Source: a bacterium (GTDB lineage: Bacteria; Desulfobacterota; DSWW01). Taken from it: DNA of 64,000 bases. The notes under the pieces are model-generated. The model worked only from the letters and a program-made list of their open reading frames with translations. It searched no databases and was not told the DNA's origin. The stretch's first letter is position 1. Each line of letters opens with the position of its first letter. This document shows, in pieces, positions 18,762 to 28,390 of this stretch. The DNA is taken from NCBI GenBank assembly GCA_040756235.1, contig JBFLZG010000087.1, positions 1-64,000 of the forward strand. The letters run 5' to 3'. Position numbers and translations under genes: made by a program.

Positions 18762-19895
18762 ATGGCCGTGCGCATTGCCTTCGTGATCGATCATCTCGTG
18801 GTCGGAGGAACCGAGAAGCAGCTGGTCGAGCTGATCCGTCGGCTGGACCGGGACCGGTTCGAGCCGCTCCTGTTCGTGCTGAGGCAGCTCGAACCGAATC
18901 TGAACGAACAGATCACGCCGTGCAAGCCGCGCGCTCTGGGAGTCCGGGACGTCGTGCGAGCGGCAAGCCTGGAGCGTCTGGTCCGGCTCGCCAGGACCCT
19001 CAGGGAGAACAGGATCCGGATCGTGCAGACGTTTTTCCCGGACGGGTCCCTCATGGGCGTGCTGGCAGCCAGGGCCGCGGGCGTTCCGGTCATCATCGCA
19101 TCGCGTCGGGACATGGGGAGCTGGCACCGATGGCCGGATCGGCTGAAGCTCCGGATTGCCTCGGGGGCCGCGCACCGGATCCTGGTCAACTCGGCCGCGG
19201 TCCGCGAGCACCTGTGCGAGACCGAGGGCGTGCGCCGGGAAAAGACCGACCTCATCCACAACGGGATCGACATCGACTTCTATCGCGGGGTGCGCCGCGC
19301 CGCAGGCGCGCCGCCGAACGGCAGAGTCACGATCGGAACCGTCTCCAACTTCAATCGCTATGTGAAGAGGCTGGATGTCTTCGTGAAGGCCATGACCGCG
19401 CTGGCCCGGAAGTACGACCACGTGGACTTCCTGGTCGTAGGAAACGTGGAAGAGAAGCACTGGCAGCTGGATCTGTCCGGGCTCGGAAACCGCCTGACCT
19501 TCACCGGGGAGGTGGCGGACGTGCGGGAGTACCTGGGGAGGATGGACGTGGGCGTGCTGTGCTCGGACTCGGAGGGATTCTCGAACGTGATCCTCCAGTA
19601 CATGGCGAGCGGCGTGCCGTGCGTCTGCACCCGAACGGGCGGCAACCCGGAGATCGTCGACCACGGGATCAACGGGTTCCTGTTTCCGGCCGGCGACCAC
19701 GCGGCCCTGGCCGAGCTCGCGGGCGTCCTGGTCGAGGACGACCGGAGGCGCAGCCTGTTTGCCGGCCGCTCTCGGGAGAAGGTGGAGGGCGTTTTCGACT
19801 GGAAGAGAGTCCTCGCCGACTACGAATCCTACTACCAGCGCCTGCTGACGCGCAAAGGTTTGGAAAGATGCCGGACCGACAGATCATCGGCGTGA
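18762..19895 (+). CDS. GT4 glycosyltransferase
   Basis: GGTEKQL; IHNGID; SEGFSNVILQYMASG; GGNPEIV. Confidence 0.92.
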   Translation: MAVRIAFVIDHLVVGGTEKQLVELIRRLDRDRFEPLLFVLRQLEPNLNEQITPCKPRALGVRDVVRAASLERLVRLARTLRENRIRIVQTFFPDGSLMGVLAARAAGVPVIIASRRDMGSWHRWPDRLKLRIASGAAHRILVNSAAVREHLCETEGVRREKTDLIHNGIDIDFYRGVRRAAGAPPNGRVTIGTVSNFNRYVKRLDVFVKAMTALARKYDHVDFLVVGNVEEKHWQLDLSGLGNRLTFTGEVADVREYLGRMDVGVLCSDSEGFSNVILQYMASGVPCVCTRTGGNPEIVDHGINGFLFPAGDHAALAELAGVLVEDDRRRSLFAGRSREKVEGVFDWKRVLADYESYYQRLLTRKGLERCRTDRSSA

Positions 19896-21037
19896 TGGGA
19901 GGCTCCATGCTCGGGGCCGATCCCATGGCGGAGCGGTCCTGGTCGGGCAGCAGCCGGTTCTTCTTCCGCGAGTGCGCGCGGGCGGGGATCCTGCGGCGCA
20001 CGATCGGCGTGGAGGCGCCCAGAGAGAGAAGACTTGCGATCCTCCTCAAGAACTTCTCCCCGAGCACCGAGAGGTGGAGGCAGAAGTTCTGGCTCGACGT
20101 AGAGTACTACGGGACGCTCACGCGGGAGATCGTCAGGAGAATCCGAGAGGGCGACGACGGCTGTGACGTCCTTCAGATCGGCGGGATCTACGACGTGCCC
20201 GCCCTGCTCAAGGACGGCCGCAACGGCCGACGGTGCTTCTCCTATCATGACGGGAACATCCTGGAAGCCGTTCGCAGCCCCTTCATGATGAGGGGAATCC
20301 CGCAGCGCAAGATCCACCGGGCGATCGCCTATGAGCGGAACGTGTGCCAGGGGATGGATGCCGTCTTCACCATGAGCGAATACCTCCGCAGGTCGTTCAT
20401 CGAGGACTTCGGGATCGCTCCCGACAGGGTTCACTGCATCGGAGGCGGCATCAACCTGGAGACGATCCCGCCCGAGGTCGAGAAGGAACATGACCGGAAG
20501 GCCGTGCTCTTCGTCGGAGTGCGATTTCAGCGCAAGGGCGGGCTGCAGCTGCTCGAAGCCTTTCGGGCGGTTCGGGCGCGCATTCCGGATGCGAAGCTGC
20601 ACATCGTCGGCCCCCGGCACCTGAACATCCCCGCAAAGTACAGCGAGGGGGTGGTCCGTCACGGGTATCTCTCCAAGGCGGTCCCGGAACAAAGGGCGGC
20701 CTTCGAGAAGATCCTGAAGGAGGCCTGTCTGTTCGTCATGCCGTCCCTGTACGAGCCGTTCGGGATCTCGCCTCTGGAGGCGATGGTGAACCAGATCCCG
20801 TGCATCCTGACCCATGATTGGGCTTTCCCGGAGATGGTCCGCCCGGGCGTCAACGGGGATCTGGTCGAACGCGGCAACACGGAGGACCTTGCCGGGGCCA
20901 TGGTCCGGTATCTGAGGAGCCCGGAAAAGCTGGCTGAGATGGGCCGCGCCGCCCGGGCCGTGGTGCTCGAGAAATTCACCTGGGAGAAGGTCGTCGGCCG
21001 GCTCCTCGCCGAGCTCGCCGCGCGGGGAAGAGGATGA
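19868..21037 (+). CDS. GT4 glycosyltransferase
   Basis: LFVGVRFQRKG; PSLYEPFGISPLEAM; it is the C-terminal part of the long ORF 17192-21037, starting at ATG 19868. Confidence 0.88.
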   Translation: MPDRQIIGVMGGSMLGADPMAERSWSGSSRFFFRECARAGILRRTIGVEAPRERRLAILLKNFSPSTERWRQKFWLDVEYYGTLTREIVRRIREGDDGCDVLQIGGIYDVPALLKDGRNGRRCFSYHDGNILEAVRSPFMMRGIPQRKIHRAIAYERNVCQGMDAVFTMSEYLRRSFIEDFGIAPDRVHCIGGGINLETIPPEVEKEHDRKAVLFVGVRFQRKGGLQLLEAFRAVRARIPDAKLHIVGPRHLNIPAKYSEGVVRHGYLSKAVPEQRAAFEKILKEACLFVMPSLYEPFGISPLEAMVNQIPCILTHDWAFPEMVRPGVNGDLVERGNTEDLAGAMVRYLRSPEKLAEMGRAARAVVLEKFTWEKVVGRLLAELAARGRG

Positions 21038-22131
21038 GGAGCTGTCACCCGGACGAACAGCCTGCCGCGGGGAGCTCCCCCATCCGCAGCCTGTCCGTGG
21101 TCATCGCCTGCCGCAACGCGGAGCCCACCATTGCCGCATGCGTGGAGGCCCTTCTGAACCAGAGGCCCGGCGCAGCCCGGTGTGAGATCGTGGTGGTGGA
21201 CAACGGATCCACGGACCGGTCCTGCGAAATCCTCTCCCGCTTCCGGGAGTCCGTCCGCCTGCTGCCGTTTGCAGGCCGCAACATATCCGCAGCGAGGAAC
21301 CATGGCGTCGCCCACTCCACCGGGGAGTGGCTGGCCTTCGTGGACGCGGACGTGGAGGTCGATCGCGGCTGGCTGAATCAGATCGAGCGTGCCGTCTCGA
21401 GATTTCGAGAGCGCTACGGCGACGCGAGCCGCGTCGTCACCGGCTCCACCTACCGCATCCCGGCGCACCCCACCTGGGTCGAGCGGGTGTGGTTCGGACA
21501 GCTCAAGGCCAGGGACCGAGGGCGGACCACCTACATCAACGGCGGGAACCTGATCCTCAGCAGGTCGCTGTTCGAGGAGGTCGGCGGGTTCGACCCCGGA
21601 TGCACGACCGGAGAAGATACCAAGCTGTGCGAGGAGGCCAGGGCCTGCGGCGCGAAGATCGTCAAGGACGACCGGATTCGGACCGTTCATCACGGCTACC
21701 CCAAGAACGTTTCGAGTTTCTTCAAGCGAGAACGATGGCACGGGCTGGGGATGGTCCGGGCCTTCAGGAGACCCTGGCGTTCCAGAGACCTGTGCCTGGC
21801 CGTGTACGACGTCGCCGGCGTTGCGTTCGCGCTCGTGCTTCTCCTGGTCACCTGGAACGTTCTCCTCGCGCTCCTCCTGATGGTGGCCCTGCCCGTGATC
21901 CCGGCCCTGCTTATGGCCCTGCGGAGGGGCCGGGGGAAGATGCGGGAGACGCTGCTGCTGGCCTGGCTCTATTGCGTCTACAGCGCGGCCAGGGTCCTCT
22001 CTCTGGTCGACCTCGTGCGCGCGGGCCGGGGCGGCGGTGCACATCAGAGGAGCCGGGCGCAATCCGCCGAAGCAGCGGGATTCCCGCGCCTGCCCCGGAC
22101 TCGATCCGGGGTTCGCGGGAATGAGGGCTGA
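21034..22131 (+). CDS. GT2 glycosyltransferase
   Basis: VVDNGSTD; AARNHG; AFVDAD; GEDTKLC; RERWHG; C-terminal TMs; similar to 45597-46601. Confidence 0.9.
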   Translation: MRSCHPDEQPAAGSSPIRSLSVVIACRNAEPTIAACVEALLNQRPGAARCEIVVVDNGSTDRSCEILSRFRESVRLLPFAGRNISAARNHGVAHSTGEWLAFVDADVEVDRGWLNQIERAVSRFRERYGDASRVVTGSTYRIPAHPTWVERVWFGQLKARDRGRTTYINGGNLILSRSLFEEVGGFDPGCTTGEDTKLCEEARACGAKIVKDDRIRTVHHGYPKNVSSFFKRERWHGLGMVRAFRRPWRSRDLCLAVYDVAGVAFALVLLLVTWNVLLALLLMVALPVIPALLMALRRGRGKMRETLLLAWLYCVYSAARVLSLVDLVRAGRGGGAHQRSRAQSAEAAGFPRLPRTRSGVRGNEG

Positions 22132-22290
22132 CCGTGATGTCGGGCTCCCGTCGCCGGAGGGACGGGAATTTGTCGGGTCATAACGGCCCCATTGCGGAGC
22201 GCGTGTCAGCCGGGATCCAGGCGCGCGCGGGGACTCTGGATCCCGGCCTCCGCCGGGAGGGACTGGATTGCGGCCGCGCCGGAAGGACGG
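22070..22290. repeat. Degenerate CGTC-type palindromic arms
   Basis: GCGGGATTCCCGCG..TTCGCGGGAATGA; CTGGATCCCGGCCTCCGCCGGGA; related to the other CGTC units. Confidence 0.55.
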
Positions 22291-22308
22291 GGATCAAGGA
22301 GCGGACAG

Positions 22309-23073
22309 ATGTCGCTGAAGAGTTGTGGCTCGATCGTTCTCGTGATCGCGGGCCTGCTGCTGCCGCCGGCGGCTCCGGGAGCCGACCTGATCGTGCGGGA
22401 GGATTTCGAAGAGGGGCCGAGCTGGCGCTATGCCTCGCGCTGGAACATGGAGCAATATCTTTCCGATCGCTGGACCATCGTCTCGACGGAAAAGCACGGC
22501 GGCAGCTACGCCGCGGAGTCCAAGCAGCCGGGAGACCCGAGCTGGGTCGCGGACTCGGTGTTCTGCAAGACATTGCCCACGGACGCGGACGCGATCTTCA
22601 TTCGATTCTGGTACAAGGCCGGGCCCAAGCAGAACAACTGCGGCTTCCAGTTCATGCGCCTCACGGCCGTGAGCGGATCGGACGAAATCGAGATCGGCAA
22701 CGGACATCCCTGCGGCCGGACCAGCAAGTGCCACTGCTACAGCCCGGAGCAGAGCGTCCAGGTGAGAAACGGGTGGAAGGACCCCACCAGGGCGACCGAA
22801 TGGACCGAGTTCGCGGTGTACATCGATTACGCTCAGAACCGGATGATCTACTGGCGGAACCCCAAGAAGTACACCAAGCGCGACCGCAGCGCCGTGGAGG
22901 TTTCGTTCAAATTCGGGAAGAAGTACAACCGGGTCATCCTGGGTGCCTACTACAAGAACTGGAAGCCCGCCGCCGGAAGAGACGGCTGGACGTTCTGGAT
23001 GGACGATATCGAGGTGTGGAGCGGCATCCCGGAGAGCCTGGAAGGTCCGGAGGATTCTGAACAGAAGGGCTGA
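22309..23073 (+). CDS. Secreted hypothetical protein, possibly a beta-jelly-roll (lectin/lyase-like) fold
   Basis: AAGGAG RBS; signal peptide; EDFEEG; IFIRFWYK; WTEFAVYID; FWMDDIEVW pattern. Confidence 0.6.
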   Translation: MSLKSCGSIVLVIAGLLLPPAAPGADLIVREDFEEGPSWRYASRWNMEQYLSDRWTIVSTEKHGGSYAAESKQPGDPSWVADSVFCKTLPTDADAIFIRFWYKAGPKQNNCGFQFMRLTAVSGSDEIEIGNGHPCGRTSKCHCYSPEQSVQVRNGWKDPTRATEWTEFAVYIDYAQNRMIYWRNPKKYTKRDRSAVEVSFKFGKKYNRVILGAYYKNWKPAAGRDGWTFWMDDIEVWSGIPESLEGPEDSEQKG

Positions 23074-23161
23074 CTACAGCCGCGTAAATGAAAGGCGGGA
23101 GAGGGGATTCACTTTCGCACCCTGCCGCAAAGAGGGGAAAAGAACGGACTGTTCGCTCTTC

Positions 23162-23252
23162 ACCCCCCCTTTTGCAGAGGGGGGTAGGGGGGATTTGGAT
23201 GGAGCAAGCTGCGCTCGAAGATCCCCCCTGGCCCTCCTTCTTCAAAGGGGGG
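23162..23252. repeat. C-tract/G-tract palindromic dimer between convergent genes
   Basis: CCCCCCTTTTGCAGAGGGGGGTAGGGGGGATTT...ATCCCCCCTGGCCCTCCTTCTTCAAAGGGGGG. Confidence 0.65.
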
Positions 23253-23298
23253 AAAAGAAATAGATGAAAGAAGCTCGAGGGGAGGAGGGCCAAATGCC

Positions 23299-24645
23299 TC
23301 AGCCGGTTGGACGCAGATCCCGCAGGCACGCGTCGAGCGGGGCCGGACTCGTTGCGGCTGCGGAGCGGTCCTCCTCGGCTGTCCGGCCCCTTTCCTCGGC
23401 CGTCTTCCGGAGGGCGATGGACAGGGCTGCAACCAGATACCAGAAGAAGATGTAGAGGCTGTGGGAGCCGTATCCTTCGAACAGACGGACCCACAAGGCC
23501 ATCTGCAGGCCGGTGACGATCAGGACCATCTGACGGTCGGCGGGGTCGTTCGGGTCGAACGCCGCCTTGGCCTTCCTGAGGTTCATGAAGACTTGGTAAA
23601 GGAACAGCCCCCACACCACCGTTCCGATCAGCCCGAGGTCACCCAACAACTGTCCCAGGTGGTTGTGCGCATGCAAGCCCCAACCGAACCAGGCCTTCCG
23701 GGCCACGGGGTAGCACTCGGGGCCCACTCCGAGGAGGGGCCTGCGGACCAGCATGTCGATGCCGTTGAGCAATCCCAAAATCCTGCTTTCGGCCGACAGA
23801 TCGGAAGGGGAGAGGATGGTGCGCATCCACGCGAGATAGGAGTCGGAAAGAAATGCCAGGGAGACAAGGAAGAGAACCGAGCAGGCGGCGATCGCCGGGA
23901 GCCTGCGCTTGGCGAAATACACGGACAGGATCATGAGGAAGATGAGGCCCGCGAACCCGCCGCGCGACCCGGTTGCGATGACGATCGCGACCGATAATCC
24001 CGCCAGGAGGGCCGCCGTCGCCCGGAAGAGCCTGCGCGAGTGGCCCTGGGCGAGGACCAGCACGATGGGAAGACATTGCAGCTGGATGTTGGCGGCTGCC
24101 ACGTGCCCGGAGGCAAAGCCTCTGGAGGCAACGCCGATGTCGATGTCCCGGAAGGCGTAGCGGGCCGCTCCGGTGAGCGCGGAGTAGACCCCCTCGTAAC
24201 CCATGAACACCGTCAGGAAGCAAAACGCCCAGAGAAAGATGCGGATCTTCCGTTCGCTGTCGATCGAGGCGAGGATCATCAGGTAGAAACAGAAGGTCTT
24301 GAGGAACTCCCGGACGCCGTTGTGCCACGAAGTCTGATAGTCGAAGGCCTGAAAGAAAGAGAGGAAGATCACTGCAAGAAAGAGAAACATGTAGCGGTTT
24401 ACGATGTTGTAGGACGGGCGCAGCTTCTGGAGCGCGCCCTTGCGTAGAAAGACCTGCAGGAGAACGATGAGGGCGACGACGAGCTCGATGCGAATGCCGC
24501 CGAGCGAGGGATAGTAGAGGCCCATCCGGGTGGCCATGACGATGAAGTAGGCGAGCACCCCGAAGATCGAGCTTGCGAAGCCCATCGCCAGAAGCGAAAA
24601 GGCGGCTAGGACGGACAGAAACTGTATGGTTTCGGGTGAAGGCAT
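23299..24645 (-). CDS. O-antigen ligase / Wzy-like polymerase (copy A)
   Basis: Multi-TM protein; TGSRGGF; SAESRI; PLLGVG; HAHN..LGDLGLIG. Confidence 0.85.
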   Translation of the reverse strand: MPSPETIQFLSVLAAFSLLAMGFASSIFGVLAYFIVMATRMGLYYPSLGGIRIELVVALIVLLQVFLRKGALQKLRPSYNIVNRYMFLFLAVIFLSFFQAFDYQTSWHNGVREFLKTFCFYLMILASIDSERKIRIFLWAFCFLTVFMGYEGVYSALTGAARYAFRDIDIGVASRGFASGHVAAANIQLQCLPIVLVLAQGHSRRLFRATAALLAGLSVAIVIATGSRGGFAGLIFLMILSVYFAKRRLPAIAACSVLFLVSLAFLSDSYLAWMRTILSPSDLSAESRILGLLNGIDMLVRRPLLGVGPECYPVARKAWFGWGLHAHNHLGQLLGDLGLIGTVVWGLFLYQVFMNLRKAKAAFDPNDPADRQMVLIVTGLQMALWVRLFEGYGSHSLYIFFWYLVAALSIALRKTAEERGRTAEEDRSAAATSPAPLDACLRDLRPTG

Positions 24646-24820
24646 GGGGGGCTACTCGTGCGACCTCCGCTTGTTCCAGTACCTCGTCGGGACGTGATAG
24701 CCGTCCTGCTTCGATCTTCGATGAAGCATGCTTTCCCCGGGTCGCAGAACCCACGGCAAGGGTCCGTCGTTATGACGCACCCCGGATCAGGGTCAATCCG
24801 GCCCCGGTGAGGGTCTTCTT

Positions 24821-24903
24821 GTAGGGGCAGGTTTGAAACCTGCCCTTACCTGGGGCAGGGCTTGCCCTGCCCGAATGGCGGGCGCAGCGAGCGGCGCCCC
24901 TAC
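24821..24903. repeat. GTAG-type REP-like palindromes
   Basis: GTAGGGGCAGGTTTGAAACCTGCCCT; GGGCAGGGCTTGCCCTGCCC; GGGCGCAGCGAGCGGCGCCCCTAC. Confidence 0.7.
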
Positions 24904-24945
24904 AACGAGCGCGCAAACAGGGGCGGATGGCGAACGATGACACAG

Positions 24946-25083
24946 CCTCGGAGGCCGGAGTCCAGTTCCCGGTCTTTTCCGTCACCCCGGCGGAGGCCGG
25001 GGTCCAGTCCCCGCTCCCGTGCTCTTTATGGCAGGCTTCTGCATCCCGGCTCCCACGCGCTCCGCAACTGGGCCGGGATGACG
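24946..25083. repeat. CGTC-type palindromic element
   Basis: Core dimer at 24980-25083 similar to 139-253 and 13193-13308, including the upstream GGTCTTTTCCGTC linker shared with 13151. Confidence 0.8.
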
Positions 25084-25093
25084 GCCCACCTTT

Positions 25094-26281
25094 TCAGATC
25101 CGCACCTCGGTCGCAAGGAAATGCCGGGTCCGCGAGAGCATCTCTCCGAGTGAAAAACGGGCCGCAACGGTCTCCCGTGCGTTCTCGCCGAGCCGGCTCC
25201 TCAGCTCCGGGTCGCGGAGAAGCACTTCCAGGGCTCGCGCCAGGCGGTCCGGGTCCCGGGGGGGAACGAGCAGACCGTTGACGCGGTCGGCGACGATTTC
25301 GGGGATCCCGCCCACGGACGAGGCGATCACGGGGGTCCCGTACGACATGGCTTCCAGAAGGCTGTAAGGAGAGCCTTCGTTGAGCGAAGGCATGCAGAAC
25401 ACGTCGGCCGCAGCGGTGAGGTCCCCGAGATCGCCGCGGTAGCCGAGCAGCCGGACGCGGCCGGTCAAGCGCAGCCCGGCGATCTGCCGCTCGAGCGCGT
25501 CCTCGAGCTCGCCCTCGCCCGCGATGAAGGCCTTTAGCGGGAAACCCTTTCGGACGAGGGCGCCGGCGGATTCGATCAAGTCGGAAAATCCTTTGACCGG
25601 AGTCAGGTTTCCGGCACCGAGGAGCATGTGCTCCTGAGCGGACACATCGAGGGAAGCGCGCACCGCGTCCCTGCGCTGCGGCGAGAGGGGAGTCCCGGTC
25701 CCCGCCGTGCCGTTGTGGATCGTCGTACACCGTCGAGGAGAGAGGTAATAGTCCTCGAGGTAGGCTTTTCTCGTGGCGTGATTGACGAAGATGATGCCGG
25801 TCAACTGTCTGTAGCTCAGGGCCCCGAGCAGGCGCTTGCTCAAGGAATAGCGGCTCGGTATCGGTATCGGGACCCCCGCCTTCTTCACCAGCCAGGGAAG
25901 GCTGCCCGGAGCCTGAGACCAGTGGACGATCAACAAGCGCCTCCGCACCCGGCACAGCGCGGAACCCCACAGGGAAGGAAGAATCCGGTCTTCGTTGCTG
26001 TTGAAAACGATCACCCGCGGCCGGACCTTGCGGATGACCTCGATGCCTCGGATGAAGCTCTCCGGGCGGGGAAGGTGGCGCCAGTCGTACTCCCACAGCG
26101 AGATCTTTCCCATCCGGGCGATCTCCTCGAAGACCCGCAACCCGTCGCGCTGGTGGAAGGCGAAATGAACCTCGTAGCCCTTCTCCATGAAAAGAGCGGA
26201 GAGGTGGCTGAGGTAACGCTGGGCTCCTGCGACGTGGTTGTGTCCCTTGCAGATGAAGAGTGCCCTGCGCTCGTCTTGCAT
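25094..26281 (-). CDS. GT4 glycosyltransferase
   Basis: IHNG; PVKGF; PSLNEGSPYSLLEAMSYG; GGIPEIV. Confidence 0.92.
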   Translation of the reverse strand: MQDERRALFICKGHNHVAGAQRYLSHLSALFMEKGYEVHFAFHQRDGLRVFEEIARMGKISLWEYDWRHLPRPESFIRGIEVIRKVRPRVIVFNSNEDRILPSLWGSALCRVRRRLLIVHWSQAPGSLPWLVKKAGVPIPIPSRYSLSKRLLGALSYRQLTGIIFVNHATRKAYLEDYYLSPRRCTTIHNGTAGTGTPLSPQRRDAVRASLDVSAQEHMLLGAGNLTPVKGFSDLIESAGALVRKGFPLKAFIAGEGELEDALERQIAGLRLTGRVRLLGYRGDLGDLTAAADVFCMPSLNEGSPYSLLEAMSYGTPVIASSVGGIPEIVADRVNGLLVPPRDPDRLARALEVLLRDPELRSRLGENARETVAARFSLGEMLSRTRHFLATEVRI

Positions 26282-26291
26282 GGGAAGGCGC

Positions 26292-27230
26292 TCAGTCGAA
26301 TCGTCGCAGCCAGTCGACCAGATCCCGCTTCATCTGCTCCCGGGAATCCGGGTCCGAGAAGATGTGATTGGCCTTCTGGATCTCGACGAAGCGGAAAAGG
26401 GAATCGGACCACAACGGAGACGGCTTGTATCGGTTGAGGAAATGCTTCTTGAACTCCCAGGTGGCGGCGTCCAGCTCGGCGAAGTAGAAGAGCAGCGGCC
26501 GCATGCTGCGTGCGTACTTCTCGAAAGAGGAGAAGAACAACCGGTTGAGGTTCCGGGGGTTGTCGTTCTCTGCCGCGCGGCCTTTGGGCGGTTCTCTGTA
26601 GCGCCCCCCGATGAGATGTCTCAGATAGTGAAGGAGCGAGCGGAAGACGGTTCCGTAATCTTTTCCGCCGCTGAGGAACCGGATCCAGGGACCGATCTGG
26701 AAAATCTTGGCCCGGTAGCTTCTGACGTGATTTCTCGCCTCCCACGGGTCGGTCTTCTGCAGGTGCTCCTCGGACGAAAGGGTCACGGGCCCGCCGACAT
26801 CGACCATCCCGCATATCCTGGTGTCGCCGGCCGCCGCGTGCACGGCGGTGACCCCGCCCCCGCAGAATCCGATGCAGACGAGTCGGTCCTCGGAAAACCG
26901 TCCGACCATGAAGTCCACCGCGGCCAGCGCGTCGGGAACGAACAGGCCGCTCTCGATTCGCGCGAAGATCTTGACGATGCTCTCGTCCGGGATGTCGCCT
27001 TCGCTGTCGCCGATGCCGGCGTCATCGAACCTCAGCACGGCGTAGCCCAGACGCGCCAGGTGGCGGGCGAGCTTGACCTGGACCCGGTGCCAGCCGGTCA
27101 TGTCGTTGAGCCCGGTGTTGAGAAGAAGGACCGAGACGCCCCTCTTCCGGTCCGGGGAAGGGGGGTGCAGGATCCCGCGCAACAGATGTCCCTCAGGGTT
27201 GCGGAACGAAACACATTGCTCGGGGAGCAT
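26292..27230 (-). CDS. Alpha/beta hydrolase, exosortase-associated hydrolase 1-like
   Basis: LRGILHPP; LRFDDAGIGDSEG; nucleophile elbow GFCGGG; ANHIF. Confidence 0.8.
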   Translation of the reverse strand: MLPEQCVSFRNPEGHLLRGILHPPSPDRKRGVSVLLLNTGLNDMTGWHRVQVKLARHLARLGYAVLRFDDAGIGDSEGDIPDESIVKIFARIESGLFVPDALAAVDFMVGRFSEDRLVCIGFCGGGVTAVHAAAGDTRICGMVDVGGPVTLSSEEHLQKTDPWEARNHVRSYRAKIFQIGPWIRFLSGGKDYGTVFRSLLHYLRHLIGGRYREPPKGRAAENDNPRNLNRLFFSSFEKYARSMRPLLFYFAELDAATWEFKKHFLNRYKPSPLWSDSLFRFVEIQKANHIFSDPDSREQMKRDLVDWLRRFD

Positions 27231-28056
27231 CCACGAATTCCTTTGTGTTCGCGTCCGACGACAGCAGGGCGAGGAGTTGATCGAAAAGAATCGGCGGAAC
27301 CGGTTTGTATCCCTTCCAATCCGTCCAGCGGAACTCCTGGGGAAGGGACAGGTGTCGGCCGTTCGGGTTCAAGGCAATCGGGCATTCACCTCCCCGCTCT
27401 CCTTTTTTCGGGACCAGGGAGATGAGGGTCACAGGAGCGCGAAGGCTCTGCATGAGCGCGGCAGGGGCCACCTTTTCATAGGATTCCCACAGGCGCTTTC
27501 CGATAGAGAATCCGTCCACATCGACGACCATCCCGCTCTGGATGTCCTCGATCAATTGGCTCCGGTTGCGCACGATCTTCCTGTGAACGACCATCTGCCT
27601 GGCCAGGTTTGCCCGCAGAGCCTCCTCCAGGGAGGCGATCGGGTCCAGCACCGGCTCGATCAGAATCACCTTCCCGGGGCTCGGCAGGCGCGTCGCAGCC
27701 GCCAGGGCCACGGTCGCCCCGAGCCGGAGACCGATCAGGGAAAAAGGGCTGAGGAAAGCCTTGCGCTCCAGCGAGGCGTACAGGCGGAGCACGTCCTCCA
27801 CCATGCCGTCGAAGGTCAGATCGAGCGCGTCTCCCGAGCTGTTTCCATCCCCGAAATAGTCGCAGGTGACGGCGTGGAAGCCCTTCCGGGCCAGCGCTCT
27901 GCCGAGATTCGTGAAGATCCGGTGTGTGCGGATTCGCTCTCCCCAGATCGGTTTGCACAGGAGTACCGCCTGGTCCGCCCTGTACGGCTCGTCCGGACCG
28001 TACTCGACGCAGTAAATGGAACGGTCATGGTCGCGGATAAAGTAGTGTTCTTCCAC
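27193..28056 (-). CDS. Alpha/beta hydrolase-fold protein, exosortase-associated hydrolase 2-like
   Basis: DYFGDGNSSGD; elbow GLRLGA; adjacent to the hydrolase 1-like gene. Confidence 0.8.
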   Translation of the reverse strand: MEEHYFIRDHDRSIYCVEYGPDEPYRADQAVLLCKPIWGERIRTHRIFTNLGRALARKGFHAVTCDYFGDGNSSGDALDLTFDGMVEDVLRLYASLERKAFLSPFSLIGLRLGATVALAAATRLPSPGKVILIEPVLDPIASLEEALRANLARQMVVHRKIVRNRSQLIEDIQSGMVVDVDGFSIGKRLWESYEKVAPAALMQSLRAPVTLISLVPKKGERGGECPIALNPNGRHLSLPQEFRWTDWKGYKPVPPILFDQLLALLSSDANTKEFVDAPRAMCFVPQP

Positions 28057-28390
28057 GGATAGACTTCCCTTTCATCTTCGGACGAACGAGCTGCGCGATG
28101 ATGAAAAGCCCATCTGCTGAACAGGCAAAGAGGAAAGTTCAAAGGGAAAAGCTCCCCTGCTTTGGCCTCTTGCCCTTACCCTCTGACTTCCCCCACCCGC
28201 ACTGTCGCCCCGACCGGACCTCCCGGACAGCCTGAACGAGCCCGCTTTCCGAACCGGCCGACGTACCCACGGGTGCTGTTAGCTAAGATTCAAGATCGAG
28301 CATCTAAGATTTCTGCGAGCAGGTCTTTTTTGACAGTCCTTCGTTTCTCGGTCTTCCTTCGGCCATTCGAGTCGACAGAGGAGTGCATTC

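Noticed and set aside
17192..19867. Apparent 1281-aa giant glycosyltransferase ORF
   Set aside because: The first ~890 codons overlap two well-supported GT genes in other frames and are R/G/P-rich noise; only the part from 19868 is credible.
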